Shown: positions 19,271-30,002, counted from the stretch's first letter. The stretch: DNA of 64,000 nt from an uncultured cyanobacterium (GCA_963803805.1 CAWDOD010000011.1:727525-791524); one strand, 5' to 3'. Made by a program: numbers and translations. Notes: a model not told the origin generated them from the letters alone.

Positions 19271-21172
19271 ATGACAAAATACTCTTGTATAGCGATTGGC
19301 ATTAATCAATATCAGTTTCTACAACCTTTGAATTACGCTCAAGCAGATGCTTTTAGCTTACGGCAATTTTTCATTAAAGAAACGAATCTGTCCCCGCAAC
19401 AATGTTTACTCCTAACGGAATCTTCCCCTTGGCTAGAAAGAAAATCCACTTACCCAACTAAGGAAAATATTTTAAGCTGGCTCAAAAAAAGTGATGCTGT
19501 CACAGGGGAACCAAATATGTTTTGGTTTTTGTTCAGTGGCTATGGTGTCAATTGGCAAGGGAAAGATTATTTAATACCCATAGATGGCAACCCCCAAGAT
19601 ATCCCGAATACGGCAATACCTTTGGAATCGTTATTGACTGAGCTACAAAAGCAAGGGGGGGATAATATTTTGGTATTGCTAGATATTAACCGTTCCCCAG
19701 GTATCTTTGCTGGAGCATCTGTAGGGGCGCAAACCGCAGCTTTGGCAAGGGAAATGGGTATTGCTTTGATTCTTTCTACTCAGGTTAATGAATATTCCCA
19801 TGAATCCGCTAGTCTTGGTCACGGGTTTTTCACAGAAGCACTTTTAGAAGCCCTAGATTATTATCGCCAAGATTTAACCTTGGAAGTATTAGAAAATTAT
19901 CTTCGTTACCGTCTACCTGAAATTGGTGAGCATCATTGGCGACCGGCCCAAACTCCTATTATAATCACACCATCTCCTCAAGCTAGCAAAGGGAAAATTC
20001 TTCCTGGCAACCAAGAATTTATCAGTTGGCATAACTATTCAGGTTATGGGCAAACTACCTCAAATTCTTCCTCAACAGGGGTAGGGGAAAATGTTGTAGT
20101 TGATCACCACAATAATGGTACAGGGCAAGCTAATCAAACAGGAGTTTTGGATGTAGAAGAAATATCCCCTCATGGCTCTCCTAATAGTTCTCCTAACGGT
20201 TCTCACCCTTACCCACACCATAATGGTAACGGTTCTGGTAGTTCAGCTATTGTTTTTAAACCTAAACCACCTCAAAAGAAGAGTCAAAATTGGTCAGAAT
20301 GGCTGATTTGGGGAGGAGGCGCTGCTTTGATAGCGGCCTTGGTTGTCGCGGCTGTAGCCATCGCTAACCAAGATGATACTAGACAAGAAAGTATTGCTCA
20401 GACGGAAGAACAAATAGCTCCCCCCGTCCCCAGTAACCCCCAAGGCACTGATAGTACTCCGGTTATACCTGCCAATCCCCAAGTAACTATTTCTACGGCT
20501 CAGGCTCCTGCTACCCCTCAACCAACGGCTACTTCGAGTTCAGAGACTCCCCTGGAATCTCCCCCTTTACAGGCTACTAATCAAGGAATCTTAACCCAAG
20601 CGAGAACCTACATCCAAGCGAACCAAGCTTCCGGTTTTAATCGAGCCATTAACCAAGTCCGCAAGATTCAGCCAGGGCAACCATTTTATGAACAAGCCCA
20701 AGCAGATATTACTCGCTGGAGTCAAGTTATTTTAGATATCGCCCAAGGTAGGGCTAACCAAGGTAACTTTGGTGGTGCGATCGCCGCAGCTAAATTAGTT
20801 CCCCCAGATCGCCAAACTATTCATGACAATGCCCAAATCTCTATTCAACAATGGGCTGTCCAAGGGGAACAGCAAAAGAATAATCAACTACTTCTCCAAG
20901 GAGCGAAAGAGCAAATTCGCCCTAATCAAGCTTCTTCCTATAACCAAGGAATTAATATCCTTAAAGCCATTCCTCAAGGGCAATCAGGCTATCAACAGGC
21001 ACAGGAGTTAACTACCCAATGGAGCCGTCAGATTTATTTAATTGCCAATTCCCGCGCCGCTAGGGGCAATTTTTCCCAAGCTATTAATACAGCAGTGTTA
21101 GTTCCTAAAAATACCCCTTCTTATGCACAGGCTCAACAGGCGATCGCCCGTTGGCGAAAAGGGGAAAAATAA
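19271..21172 (+). CDS. Pseudo-orthocaspase: peptidase C14 fold with substituted dyad, TM helix and extracytoplasmic helical repeats
   Basis: IAIGINQY, FSGYG (for SGHG), LLDINRS (for DACRS), GHGFFT.AL, TM segment WGGGAALIAALVVAAVAIA. Confidence 0.85.
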   Translation: MTKYSCIAIGINQYQFLQPLNYAQADAFSLRQFFIKETNLSPQQCLLLTESSPWLERKSTYPTKENILSWLKKSDAVTGEPNMFWFLFSGYGVNWQGKDYLIPIDGNPQDIPNTAIPLESLLTELQKQGGDNILVLLDINRSPGIFAGASVGAQTAALAREMGIALILSTQVNEYSHESASLGHGFFTEALLEALDYYRQDLTLEVLENYLRYRLPEIGEHHWRPAQTPIIITPSPQASKGKILPGNQEFISWHNYSGYGQTTSNSSSTGVGENVVVDHHNNGTGQANQTGVLDVEEISPHGSPNSSPNGSHPYPHHNGNGSGSSAIVFKPKPPQKKSQNWSEWLIWGGGAALIAALVVAAVAIANQDDTRQESIAQTEEQIAPPVPSNPQGTDSTPVIPANPQVTISTAQAPATPQPTATSSSETPLESPPLQATNQGILTQARTYIQANQASGFNRAINQVRKIQPGQPFYEQAQADITRWSQVILDIAQGRANQGNFGGAIAAAKLVPPDRQTIHDNAQISIQQWAVQGEQQKNNQLLLQGAKEQIRPNQASSYNQGINILKAIPQGQSGYQQAQELTTQWSRQIYLIANSRAARGNFSQAINTAVLVPKNTPSYAQAQQAIARWRKGEK

Positions 21173-21235
21173 TTGCTAATCGCTAGTTGCTAATCGCTAG
21201 TTGCTAGTTGCTAGTTGCTAATTGCTAGTTGCTAG
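21171..21235. repeat. Heptamer short tandem repeat (about 9 x [A/T]A/GTTGCT-type), STRR-like
   Basis: aattgct aatcgct agttgct ... between convergent genes; similar tracts at 17813-17840 and 17890-17917 (TTTTGAC). Confidence 0.8.
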
Positions 21236-21279
21236 CTGAACGTATGAGGTACAAAATGTTTGGTGTTTGTAGCTTTTAG

Positions 21280-22980
21280 CTAAAAATTAAGGTTCAAACT
21301 AAAATAAAAACCATCATCCTGAAGATTTTCTCCTCGGTCATCTAGGTTAACCAAAGGTAAAGCAGCATCCAAACGCAGATTAAGATTTCTTACAGGTGAC
21401 CAAAGCACTCCCAAACCTAAACCCGCCAGGAAATTTTGCTCAGGTCTAACATTAGGATTATCCCCATTATCAAACACCACTCCCATGTCAAAAAAGGGTG
21501 CTAACTGAAAAACACCAACTCCCTCTTCGCCCCTAGCTAAAGTAATCCGATCTTCTACAGTTAAGCGTACACCATTATCCCCTGCCCTCGCTCCTTGGCG
21601 AAAACCTCTCACAGTAGTTCCCCCGCCAATGGTAAAAGTTTCTGAACCGAGGAGGTTATCAGGACTAAACTGCCCGTCAACTTGTACAATCAACAGATTA
21701 TCTGGACTTAAGCGTTGTACCCTCTGCACTTGACCCAACCAACTAACAAATTGACCATCGGGAATATCACCAGAATTTTCCGTCGCATCAAGTAAACCTG
21801 TACCGAAATTAAACTGCGATCGCACTGCCCAAGCCCCCGCAACATCTCGCTTGAGATAATCCTGTGCCAATCTAAACACACTAGTACGGGTTGTCCCATC
21901 TGCTTCTGCCCCCACACCAAAGGGAGTACCAATATTGTTAAACAGAAAGGTTTGTCCAGTGCGATGGGCAAAGCCAACAGAAAGAGCAAACTCTTCTAGG
22001 GAAGTACGGATAATTGGTTGGCGGAAACTAACCTCATAAAGTTGGGATTCCCCTTCAATACCTAACTCATCAAAAGGAGCTTGGGTAACTTCGTTATTGT
22101 CGGAAATGAAGCGCAGTTGTACTGTACCGTTTTTGGGGTTAACGGGGATAGTGTAGTTAACATCAAAGATATCGGAACCCCCGGTAGTGGAACGGATATA
22201 ACTCCCCCTGAGATTATCTCCTAATCCCGTCAAATTGCGGTAGCCCAAGGTGATACCTGTACGTTCGGAACCTACACTAGCAGAGGAGTAGTTATCCACA
22301 AAGGCGTTGCCGTAAAAAGGTTTAGATTCAGTAACATTAAGCACTAAAAGGGTTTCTCCCGCTTCTGTACCCGGTTGCAGTTCGATTTTAATATCTTCAA
22401 AGAGGGGGTCAGTTTTAAGGAGGCGGAGTTTGTCTTCTAACTCTTGGATATTTAAGGGGGTGGTAACTCCTTGATTGATGCGAGAGAGGACGTATTGGGG
22501 TTTGGTACGTTGTAGACCGTTAATTTGCACATCGGCAAGGCTACCTTCAATGACTTGGATGGTGACAATGCCATCTTCAATGGCTTGTCTAGTGAGGATT
22601 GCGCGACTATTGACATAGCCAGCATCGAAGTAGAGTCGAGTAATAGCATCTGCCACCCCTTGGAGTTGGGAGAGGGAGACTTGTTGCCCTTCTAGGGGTG
22701 AGGTGATGGGGGCAAAGTCTGTGGGAGTGAAGATGGTGCTACCAAGGATTTGGATTTGTTGCAGAGGGAAGGTAAAAGTATCCTCGGTGGCAGGGAGATT
22801 ATCTTGTTGTTGTTCCTCTGGTTGGGGGAAGATTGGTTCCTCATTAACAGGGGTTGGTAATTGTTCTTCTGGTGGTTGAATGAGTCTGTCCCGGTTGGGA
22901 TCTGGTGTTTGGGCTAAGGTTTGAGCCGAGGATATGGCGATGAGGAAGGTTGTGGTTAGGGTTAGTTTGAATAGGTTCAT
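21280..22980 (-). CDS. ShlB/FhaC/HecB family two-partner secretion outer-membrane transporter (TpsB)
   Basis: Signal peptide; POTRA motif (IT.LY...GYVNSRA..., IQVIEG); DNY..ASVG; VRGF motif; terminal Phe. Confidence 0.92.
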   Translation of the reverse strand: MNLFKLTLTTTFLIAISSAQTLAQTPDPNRDRLIQPPEEQLPTPVNEEPIFPQPEEQQQDNLPATEDTFTFPLQQIQILGSTIFTPTDFAPITSPLEGQQVSLSQLQGVADAITRLYFDAGYVNSRAILTRQAIEDGIVTIQVIEGSLADVQINGLQRTKPQYVLSRINQGVTTPLNIQELEDKLRLLKTDPLFEDIKIELQPGTEAGETLLVLNVTESKPFYGNAFVDNYSSASVGSERTGITLGYRNLTGLGDNLRGSYIRSTTGGSDIFDVNYTIPVNPKNGTVQLRFISDNNEVTQAPFDELGIEGESQLYEVSFRQPIIRTSLEEFALSVGFAHRTGQTFLFNNIGTPFGVGAEADGTTRTSVFRLAQDYLKRDVAGAWAVRSQFNFGTGLLDATENSGDIPDGQFVSWLGQVQRVQRLSPDNLLIVQVDGQFSPDNLLGSETFTIGGGTTVRGFRQGARAGDNGVRLTVEDRITLARGEEGVGVFQLAPFFDMGVVFDNGDNPNVRPEQNFLAGLGLGVLWSPVRNLNLRLDAALPLVNLDDRGENLQDDGFYFSLNLNF

Positions 22981-23140
22981 TTTTGGTACGATTAGGAAAC
23001 GTTATACCGAATCCTGGTAGGCTACATGAGTTATCAGGGTAGACAACAGGCACTCTTGGTTTGAGAGATTTGTCCGGTGAATTTTATAAAGTAGTCTTGT
23101 AAGGTGCTGTTAGCCACAGGCGTAACACCCATATTTCTTG

Positions 23141-23491
23141 CTAATCAGACAATAAACCAGACATTTCTAAAACGCTATTTGACCAACTTTGGGATTGTTC
23201 CGCGACAAATGCCCGCTTGTTTTCATCAGCCCAAATGCTTTCCCAACTCCATTGCCAAGTTGCTAATTGGATTTGTATTTCAACTAATTTGGCTGCTGTT
23301 TCTATTTCAGCGTTGGTAGCAGTCCATTCAATGAAAAATTTACTTTCTTCAATTAAACTTTTGACTAAATCTATGTTGGCTGCATTGCCAGAAAAAGATT
23401 TGATACGGGCTAGGTTAGCAGCTAATCCTCCTAAGCGAGTAGGTAATTCATCTTGTAAATATCTTGCTTTAATAGCACTCCAGTCTTTCAT
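23141..23491 (-). CDS. Hypothetical helical protein, translationally coupled to the upstream DUF5674-like gene
   Basis: RYL.D.LP.RLGGLAANLARI...ESKFFIEW motif; ATGA overlap at 23488-23491. Confidence 0.65.
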   Translation of the reverse strand: MKDWSAIKARYLQDELPTRLGGLAANLARIKSFSGNAANIDLVKSLIEESKFFIEWTATNAEIETAAKLVEIQIQLATWQWSWESIWADENKRAFVAEQSQSWSNSVLEMSGLLSD

Positions 23492-23823
23492 ACTTCTCCT
23501 AATAATTTTTCAGTAATTAAGGTTACTTTCTCTCGGATACTAGGATCGAGAATTTCTAATGAACGATTGTTTTGACGCGGACGGATATTAATGAGAGATT
23601 CAAAGGTAACTTCTTGAGTTGAAGGATTCCAATCTGCTCCCCAAATATCTTCTTGACGACTACCATCTTCCAAAAGGACACCTTCACAGTCTGCATGAAG
23701 TTGACCACCACCAGCTAAGATACCGCGTTCAATGTCTACAGCTAATTTTATGTATGTGCCAAGGGGCTTTAACATCTCATTTATTTGTTCTTTGGTGGCG
23801 TAGTCGCGTATTAAGTGAATCAT
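23488..23823 (-). CDS. DUF5674-like protein
   Basis: YIKLAVDIER.ILAGGG.LHADCE..LLEDGS.Q.DIWGA...SLINIRP.QNN; likely start MIHLIR at 23823. Confidence 0.7.
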   Translation of the reverse strand: MIHLIRDYATKEQINEMLKPLGTYIKLAVDIERGILAGGGQLHADCEGVLLEDGSRQEDIWGADWNPSTQEVTFESLINIRPRQNNRSLEILDPSIREKVTLITEKLLGEV

Positions 23824-24024
23824 CCACAATATTTCCCTAGTTAATTTTCCCAAATCAAATCACACTAATACTCGAAAAGACCGATTGTCAACTTTTTTTC
23901 TGAGGTAAAATTTCAGCATTTGGTAGTCATCTTTAAGATGACTTAGGTTGTTAGCCTGGGATTTTAATCCTTGGCGGGTTGGGTGAATAAGCTAGGGACA
24001 TGATTCAAGGTCAGCTTGTAGCTT

Positions 24025-24372
24025 TTAGCCCACTGCATAGTCACTCATTTCCCGCATGAAAGGAGGATGAAAACCCAATACAATGTCTTGTTTTGGTACA
24101 CCCAAATTAACCAAATCTGCGGTAATATCATGCTCGGTTGAATTGGCAAAAATCCAGATTTTTCCCTGGCGAATGTCAAGATGTATTGTACAGTGGTGTA
24201 TCCAGCGCTTATCCTCCCAACCCAGATGGACAATTTGGTAGTGATTGCGCTGTGTATCAAAGATAGTTTCAACCTCAATCTCACCATAAGCTGGCTTGTT
24301 TTGTGCATAATCCATCAACAATTGCTGTACAATTTGCTGATAGTGCGTTAATTTATCCCTCAGTCCTTCCAT
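24025..24372 (-). CDS. xisI: XisI family protein
   Basis: FD..R.HYQ....GW...R.IH....H.DI..GKIWI...TE..I..DLV.LGVPK.DIVLGFHPP..R..SDYAVG. Confidence 0.92.
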   Translation of the reverse strand: MEGLRDKLTHYQQIVQQLLMDYAQNKPAYGEIEVETIFDTQRNHYQIVHLGWEDKRWIHHCTIHLDIRQGKIWIFANSTEHDITADLVNLGVPKQDIVLGFHPPFMREMSDYAVG

Positions 24373-24396
24373 AGTGAAATTTGCTCCAGTTCAATA
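24359..24396 (-). pseudogene. 3' remnant of an xisH-like gene
   Basis: Frame overlapping the xisI start reads IELEQISLWKD*, like the XisH C-terminus; nothing further upstream. Confidence 0.55.
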
Positions 24397-24404
24397 CAGT
24401 TTTT

Positions 24405-24458
24405 GTTGGGTTACTCTAACGAGAAGGCTACGCCAACACGACCTTCTACCCAACCTAC
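24405..24458 (-). repeat. GTAG-type REP-like hairpin repeat
   Basis: GTAGGTTGGGT...AACCCAAC on the minus strand, immediately after the TpsA stop. Confidence 0.65.
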
Positions 24459-24461
24459 TTT

Positions 24462-27400
24462 TTATGGTTGTTGATTGGGATGGCTAAATTTTGCACCGGA
24501 TGGGGAGGTGCAGGTGGTTCCCTGTGGGTTTTCTTCTTCGTTTTGTTCCTCCGTTGTGTTATCAGTGATAGTTACTTCTGGTATTTCACAAATCCCCTGG
24601 CTTGCACCAAGGTTGTTTAATTGGGTGACATCATCCGTTGCTGTTAGGTCTTGGGTGGGGATGTTTGTTGTCGGGTTTGTGGGGTCGGTTGGCGTTGTTG
24701 GAGTTCCTGGGTCTACTGGCGTTGTTGGAGGAGTGACCGGTACAGTAGTATTCTCTAAATCAAATGTTGCTACTTGTGCGTCTGTTGCCTCTGCTGTTAC
24801 CTGATAATTACCCTCAATACCATTAGCTGTGAAAGGATTTATCGCTTGCCCTTGGGCATCGGTGAAAACCGTTGTACCATTACCGAAAGTACCCGACGCA
24901 CCACTTGCTGGAGCGCTAAAGGTTATTTCTAAGCCTGCGAAGGAGAAAGGTTGACTAGTGAAAGCATCAATAAGTTGGACGCTTAACGGAGTAGCAAAAG
25001 CTGTCTCTACTTGGGCGCTTTGGGGTGTGCCAGTGGGAGTTAGAGCAAATTGCATCTCTACTGCACCAATATCGACAGTTCCGTTAAGAGTACGTGTTGC
25101 CCCCCGTTGGTCAGTGGTTATGCCCATGGGAATATTGCCATTATTGCCTGCATCTAGGGCAGGGCTGCCGGGGATGAGGGCATGGGTTTGTGTTGTACCG
25201 CCATTGTCAGCGAGGGGGTTGATAACTTCACTAATATCGGTGATGCCTGCGGAGGCAAAGGTAAGATCGCTGCCTGTACCTATGGTGCTGGTTCCTGTTG
25301 CACCAGTGATGTCGCCGATGAGGTTGTTGGCAGCGCCGTTAATGTCGTCGCCAGAAACATCAGGGTGGATATTGTTTCCCGTGGGACTGTTGTCAAAGTT
25401 TCCGGCGATGATGCTATTGCTGATAGTGAATGTTCCTCCACTCCTCAAGATACCGCCACCATCTCCTGTTCCGTCTCCATCAGAATCTGCCGTGTTGTTG
25501 GTGATAGTACTATTAGTGATCGTACCTCCATTATTACTATAAATACCGCCGCCGCTACCTGTTGCTTCGTTACTACTAACAGTGCTATTGGTCAGGGTTA
25601 CTGCACCACCGCTGTTGAAAATACCACCGCCGTTTGATGTTGCTTCGTTTCCACTAACAGTGCTATTAGTCAGGGTCACATCACCAGCGCTGAAAATGCC
25701 ACCGGCGACACCTGATCCTGCCGTATTGCCACTGACAGTGCTATTGATCAGGGTAACTGCACTACCAAAGCTCGAAATGCCACCAACGTTACTACCGGCA
25801 CTATTATTACTGACAGTACTATTAGTCAAAGTTACAGTGCCAGACGTTGATAAAATACCTCCTTCATCATTTTGTGCCTGATTATCGCTGACGATGCTAT
25901 CGATCAGCGTCACCGAACTATTACTGTAAATGCCAGCGCTACTTCCTGCCTGATTACCACTGACAGTGCTATTAGTTAGGGTCACATCACCAGCGCTGAA
26001 AATGCCGCCACCTCTATTAAAGCCAGCATTACCATTGCGAATAGTCAAAGCATCAAAAGTAACCTCCCCACCTCCCGTAACATTAAAAATACGAAACTCC
26101 GCCATCCCTGCCGCATCGCGTTCCACAATCACATTAGCCGCACCATTAGCATCGCCGTCTATAGTAAATTTCCCGTAGCTGTGCTGATCTCCAACTGACC
26201 TTGAGTCAGGGTTATCTGGTTTATCCCTGGGGCAAAACGAATCGTATCTGCACCCGAACCAGTTTGACCTTCTACAGTACTGTCACTATTAGAAGCCTCT
26301 AACGCTTCGCGCAAATTCAGTATCCCATCATTATCTGTTGCCCCTGTAGCTGTATCATCTACGTCTTCTTGCACCGTCAAAGTAGCCAAAATTCCCTCAT
26401 AGCTATCCTGAGTTTCAGCAGTAAAAGGATTTGTCGCTTCAATGCTTCCAGTTTGATACTCTAACTCCCAATCTGCCCCAAACTCACTACTACCAGTCAA
26501 GTTAGTGGAAGCTGCCACATCTGCTGCGGTTAAGGTAGCTAAACTATCAACAAATTCTTTCCCCACATCCCCTAAAGCAGCAAAACAACTGTAGAGGAGT
26601 AAGTCGGCATTCACCCCCAAGCCACTTTGCCACTGCTGTATCTGTGCTTCATACTCACTGAGGTTTTGCTGGGAAACAAAGTCTTTACCTAACCAGAAGT
26701 TCCCCCCATTTCCTTCTGTAACAATAGCAAGGCTATTTACAGTACGGTTTTGTTGCCCTAAAGCTGCTAACTTGTCCCCCACAAAAGCGATACCATTGTC
26801 CTCTGTTGTTACCACAAAAGAAGTTGTTCCTTTCACTCCACCATAAAGTAGGCTTTTATAATCTTCTACGGTGCTATCAATGAAAGTGTAGGCTAAGGAG
26901 TCCCCTTCTCCGGGAAATAAGACTACTGTGGGGGCGCTGTGGTTGCCGTTGTGGGTAGAAATTAAGTCTGGGTTGGTGGGAGTTACCTGGTTAGTTGCCA
27001 TGAAGGTAACATCTTGGGCTGTTACTTCCCCAGCTATGGCTACATCCCCATCACTAAAGTTAGTTCCCCCAGTTAAATAAATTTTGCCGTCTGTTCCTAC
27101 GGTGATTTCGTTGGCATGGCCTGTTTCATTGCCTCCACTGAGGTAACGGGGAATATCTATTGCTTTTAAGCCGACACTATCTCCATGATTTTCTGGAGTT
27201 AAGGGGGCTGCATCTAAGATTAATTCTAAGGCCATCCCTTCTTGAGTGATACGAATCTGCTTCTTTTCAGGAATAGCAGCAATAGTAACATTTCCCCCTG
27301 GGGCTTCTAGGGTTCCGGTACTGATGACGCTGTTACCTACTAACCATAATGATGCCCCTGGACTTACTTCTAGGTTCCCTTCGTTGATGATTAGTCCGGT

Positions 27401-27901
27401 TTGAGTGTCAAAGACGAAACTGCTGGGATTTCCTGTTAGTTGAGAAAAGTTGTTGTCTCCTAAAGCGTTGAAGAAGCTGTCTCCGATACCAATACGGGTA
27501 GCTGTGGTGGCGGCGAAGCTACCTGGTACGTCTAATTTTGCCCCTTGGCCAAATACCCAACCGGAAGGATTCATTAAGTAGAGGTTAGAGTTGCCTCCGG
27601 TGAGTTTGATTAGTCCTTCTACTACCGAAGGGTTGCCCCCGGTTATTCTGCCCAGGATGTTGTTGATTTGGGGGTTGGAGAGGAAGTTGGCTATTTCTTG
27701 GGGAGATAAGCCAAATTCAGCGAAGGAGTGGAAGAGGTTGTCTCCAGCTTGGGTTCCGCCGGTGATGTTGTAGGTGTTGCCGTTGTGGTTGATGATTGTC
27801 CCTACTCCATCTGGTGCGGTGGTGATGGATTGGGCTTTTACTTTTGAGGTGAAGAGGAGGAGGGCTAGGGGTAAAAGAAAGAGGCTTTTGACTAGTTTCA
27901 T
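24462..27901 (-). CDS. TpsA exoprotein (haemagglutinin N-terminal domain, DUF4347-like domain, GGGI beta-helix repeats, Ig-like domain), split by a -1 frameshift at 26159-26174
   Basis: Signal KVKAQS; NLFHSF and NPSG; DLLLYSC..DVAAS..LTG..GADWELE; LTNSTVSGN.A..GGGI repeats; L.PGSPALDAG..DQRG..DIGAVE. The two ORFs join as GNLTIDGD; span 3440 nt = 3n+2. Confidence 0.85.
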
Positions 27902-28106
27902 TTGTGATGGAGGATAGAGAGTATTTACTTGGATGTTGTTACTTGGGAGATAGTCTTAATTGATGAATAATAAGAAATTACTCTGAATTACCATGGGGCT
28001 TCTACTTATTTACTAAGAGAGAGTACCACAAAATAATTAGGAGAATATAAAGTTAAGATAAAGTTTGTTTTTCTTTCCAGTGTTTGTTGCAGCCTAAATT
28101 CTCATG

Positions 28107-28141
28107 CCCCCTAAATCCCCCCATATTGGGGGACTAGGGGA
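28107..28141. repeat. Small cyanobacterial dispersed hairpin repeat
   Basis: CCCCCTAAATCCCCCC-ATATT-GGGGGACTAGGGG stem-loop. Confidence 0.55.
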
Positions 28142-28436
28142 GACAGAGAAATACGGGAATATTACTGTTATCTAGCAAACTTGTGGCAAGGTTAAACTGC
28201 GATCGCCTCTTTAAATACCTATGACTTTTAGCCCCAAAAAGATGATCCAGCAGCTATAGGCGCACATCCTTGTTGTAAGACTAAGCTAAGATCTAATTGC
28301 CGATAATGCGTCGATTTATCCCCTAGTCCTTCCATAATGAAATTTCTCTCTAAACCAGGCGTGAGTGTCATGACCTTATCTGTTAGGGTAGGGAGCAAAA
28401 GACCATGCCTACCCTTGGGCTGCACATAGCTAACAG

Positions 28437-29420
28437 CTAACAGCTAATAGCTTGAATCGCTTCTGTACTCAAGCGAGGGCCGTAGGTTGTCACAACCTTG
28501 GCTGAAGCGGCTGAAGCCAATTTCCCTGCTTGGGTAAAATCCTGGCCTTGGGTAATACCGTAAAGCATTGCCCCAGCATACATATCTCCTGCACCAACAG
28601 TATCAACAGCTTTAACTTGATGGGCAGGAATAGTGATGATTTTTTCGCCATCAAAAATAAGGGAACCTTCAGAACCAAGGGTGATAGCAAAGCCTTTGGC
28701 AATGGTTTTTAAAAACTCAGTAGCAGTTTTAATTTCTTTGGTATTAGCCATTTTTAAAGCTTCTGCTTCATTAGCAAACAGAAAATCCACCCCGGAACCA
28801 ATCATTTCTAAAAGCCCTGGTTTAAAAAATTCCACCATGTTAGGGTCAGATAAAGAAAGGGATGTTTTAACCCCCGCTTGTTCTGCAATCTCCTTAGCTG
28901 TAATGGCTGTAGCTTTGCCAATAGAAGAACTAACTAAGTAACCTTCAATATAAATGTATTGGGAATCGGCGATCGCCTCTGGCACTAGTTCGTCTGTTGA
29001 TAGATCAGCCGTGATGCCTAAAAATGTGTTCATGGTGCGGTCAGCATCCGGAGTTACAAAAACCAAACAAGTTCCTGTGATGCCTTCTGGTCGATTGTCT
29101 AAGGTTGAATTAGTAGCCACACCGCAGTTGAGGAGGTCTTGTAAATAGATAGAACCCGTAGCATCGTTGGCAATTTTACAGGAATAGAAAGTTTTGCCTC
29201 CCATTTGACTAATAGCAACTATTGTATTGGCAGCGGAACCACCACAGGCAGTTTGAGAAGAATAGTTTTTTAACTGTTCCAAGATTTCTTGCTGGCGTTG
29301 TTCATCGACAAGAGTCATTACGCCTTTATCAATATTCAATTTTTGCAAGAGTTCAGCAGTGATTTTAAATTCTTTGTCTGCCAAAGCATTACCAATGCCA
29401 TATACGTTGTATTTTTTCAT
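28437..29420 (-). CDS. PfkB-family kinase (adenosine kinase-like)
   Basis: GIGNAL.D, GGSAANT, FANEAEA, VDTVGAGD motifs. Confidence 0.92.
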   Translation of the reverse strand: MKKYNVYGIGNALADKEFKITAELLQKLNIDKGVMTLVDEQRQQEILEQLKNYSSQTACGGSAANTIVAISQMGGKTFYSCKIANDATGSIYLQDLLNCGVATNSTLDNRPEGITGTCLVFVTPDADRTMNTFLGITADLSTDELVPEAIADSQYIYIEGYLVSSSIGKATAITAKEIAEQAGVKTSLSLSDPNMVEFFKPGLLEMIGSGVDFLFANEAEALKMANTKEIKTATEFLKTIAKGFAITLGSEGSLIFDGEKIITIPAHQVKAVDTVGAGDMYAGAMLYGITQGQDFTQAGKLASAASAKVVTTYGPRLSTEAIQAISC

Positions 29421-29462
29421 GTTGATTGGGAAATGAGCCTAAACCGCCTTGCTAATTTTACC

Positions 29463-30002
29463 TTAATTGCTCTCGGCTAATAATGTGATCACTTCTTCAC
29501 ACCAAGCAACACGATAACTTTCATAACCAATGCCACAACGCAGAGTTGCATAAAGACATTTTTGTTCAAAGGATAATTGAGAAACATGAGGAAAATTTTG
29601 CTGCTCTATTTCTCTATAAACTGATAACTGTTGAAAATGAATTTGACGGTGACGTTCAATTTCTGCCAAAATGATTGACTTTGGCACTAACTTCGCTGCA
29701 ATTATTTTGACTAACAACTCTTCACGAATTGCCATTGGTTCAGTAGGTTCTAATAACCAACTTCTAAGTGCTTCTATCCCTGTTTCTGTGATGGAATAAA
29801 GCTTTTTGTCGGGACGACCTTCTTGAGGAATAATTTCTACAGTGATCGCACCTTCTTTTTCTAATTTACTTAACTCTCTGTATATTTGTTGTTGGCTTGC
29901 TTGCCAGTAATATTTACTACTTTGGGAAAACTTTTTCCATAAATCATAACCACTATAGGAGCTATCCCCCAGGGTTGCCAAAATTGTATGGGCTAATGAC
30001 AT
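29463..30002 (-). CDS. PadR family transcriptional regulator (AphA-like C-terminal domain)
   Basis: SGYDL.K.F....YWQASQQQIYREL..LE..G...GRPDKK.Y.IT..G...L..WL. Confidence 0.92.
   Translation of the reverse strand: MSLAHTILATLGDSSYSGYDLWKKFSQSSKYYWQASQQQIYRELSKLEKEGAITVEIIPQEGRPDKKLYSITETGIEALRSWLLEPTEPMAIREELLVKIIAAKLVPKSIILAEIERHRQIHFQQLSVYREIEQQNFPHVSQLSFEQKCLYATLRCGIGYESYRVAWCEEVITLLAESN

Noticed and set aside
24025-24372. xisI as evidence of an fdxN-type excision element
   Set aside because: No recombinase or interrupted target gene; xisHI homologues are commonly scattered in cyanobacterial genomes
28228-28425. 65-aa minus-strand ORF after the PfkB kinase
   Set aside because: Could be a gene fragment, but I recognise no family or motif
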